Positions 63,214-64,000 of a DNA stretch of 64,000 nucleotides are shown piece by piece (position 1 is the first letter of the stretch; every line of letters begins with the position of its first letter). The notes under the pieces were generated by a model, which did no database searches, had not been told where the DNA came from, and saw only the letters and a program-made list of their open reading frames with translations. Both the position numbers and the translations under genes were made by a program. The DNA comes from Macrostomum hystrix. Its lineage: Eukaryota > Animalia > Platyhelminthes. The stretch is from NCBI GenBank assembly GCA_950097015.1, contig CATNEN010000011.1:5270001-5334000 (forward strand), read 5' to 3'.

Positions 63214-63520
63214 GATTTTTTTCAACTACCCTACTCAAACTATGCTCAAACTATGCTCCGAATTTCAATGTCAACGAGTGAAGAAAAGCAAAAAATATAT
63301 GTCGCCTATAGCATTTTTCTGTCCCGCTGTTGTTAAGGTGGGCAGGTGTGAGGCAATTTAGTTGGCCGATAGTACACTGGAAGAGAATGTACATTAATGA
63401 AAAAAAGTTGTATATGAGACCGCTGTACACTTTACTGAGTAGAATAAAATTTAGCGAGAAGGGTAGAAAGTACAGTTGAGATAGAGAAGGAGAGGAGCGC
63501 CCAGGTAAGGGTTGGCGTCC

Positions 63521-63535
63521 GTTGCCATTGACAAC
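63521..63535. promoter_or_regulatory. Candidate RFX X-box GTTGCCATTGACAAC in the ANKRD53/MORN2 bidirectional promoter
   Basis: Perfect GTTGCC half-site and near-perfect GACAAC half-site. Confidence 0.45.
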
Positions 63536-63661
63536 GCGTCTATAGGCGGCGGTAGAGTGGAATAAGCATGAAGGTAAGAGGCAGAAAAAAACAGAAACTC
63601 TAGTTGCACAAATCGTGCTCACACAAAATTTCACAGGAAACGCGACGACAGGCACTGACAC

Positions 63662-64000
63662 ATGCCACCGAAGAAGGCGAAAGGCAAGGAGCCAGCTGAG
63701 CCAGCAGCACCACCAACTGGCACCTTCTACTTCTCCAACGGCGACAAGTACGAGGGCGAGTACCTGATCAGCGAGGCTGGCGCCCTGCAGCGCCAGGGCA
63801 GGGGTCGGCACACATCCAGTGATGGACTGCTGTACGAGGGCGACTTCGACAAGGACGCCATGTCTGGCAGCGGTAGGCTGGCGTTCCCGTCCGGCGCCGC
63901 CTACGAGGGCCAGTTCCACGAGAACCAGATGCACGGCCGCGGCTGCTACCGCTTCCCCGACGGCAGCTCCTACGAAGGCGACTTCATCGAGAACCGGCTG
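63662..64000 (+). CDS. MORN2: MORN repeat-containing protein 2-like, partial (runs off window)
   Basis: Open frame MPPKKAKGKE...FYFSNGDKYEGEY...YEGDFDKDAMSGSGRLAFPSGAAYEGQFHENQMHGRGCYRFPDGSSYEGDFIENRL; missed by the ORF track because it has no stop. Confidence 0.85.
   Translation, partial: MPPKKAKGKEPAEPAAPPTGTFYFSNGDKYEGEYLISEAGALQRQGRGRHTSSDGLLYEGDFDKDAMSGSGRLAFPSGAAYEGQFHENQMHGRGCYRFPDGSSYEGDFIENRL

Noticed and set aside
63251-63934. 227 aa minus-strand ORF
   Set aside because: Antisense to the MORN2-like coding region plus promoter DNA; no protein-like features

Overview
Eukaryotic, intron-rich, minisatellite-dense DNA with no prokaryotic operons, CRISPR or rRNA. GC-rich exons, AT-rich introns, many 17-44 bp minisatellites and intronless NHL paralogs suggest an invertebrate such as the flatworm Macrostomum; this is inference only. 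By reading GT/AG junctions and frames I assembled: an inverted pair of zinc-finger/coiled-coil/NHL genes (minus copy frameshifted), a putative two-TM gene, a 12-exon ankyrin gene (-), a nardilysin-like M16A peptidase (+, 17 exons seen), PAQR3-like (-), two related Cys-rich secreted-type ORFs, a degenerate rhodopsin-type GPCR (+), a signal-peptide/JmjC/EF-hand/KDEL protein with a probable GC-AG intron (+), ANKRD53-like (-), and head-to-head MORN2-like (+, runs off the window). Mobile DNA comprises two tRNA-derived SINE families, a hAT MITE with an 8-bp TSD, a solo LTR with a 5-bp TSD inside a minisatellite, and deleted LINE and CRE-like relics. About 25 tandem arrays explain most long ORFs in the supplied track. 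Top leads are the ER-luminal JmjC protein, the NHL pair, the Cys-rich pair, and evidence on how the minisatellites arose. Exon coordinates were read by eye.
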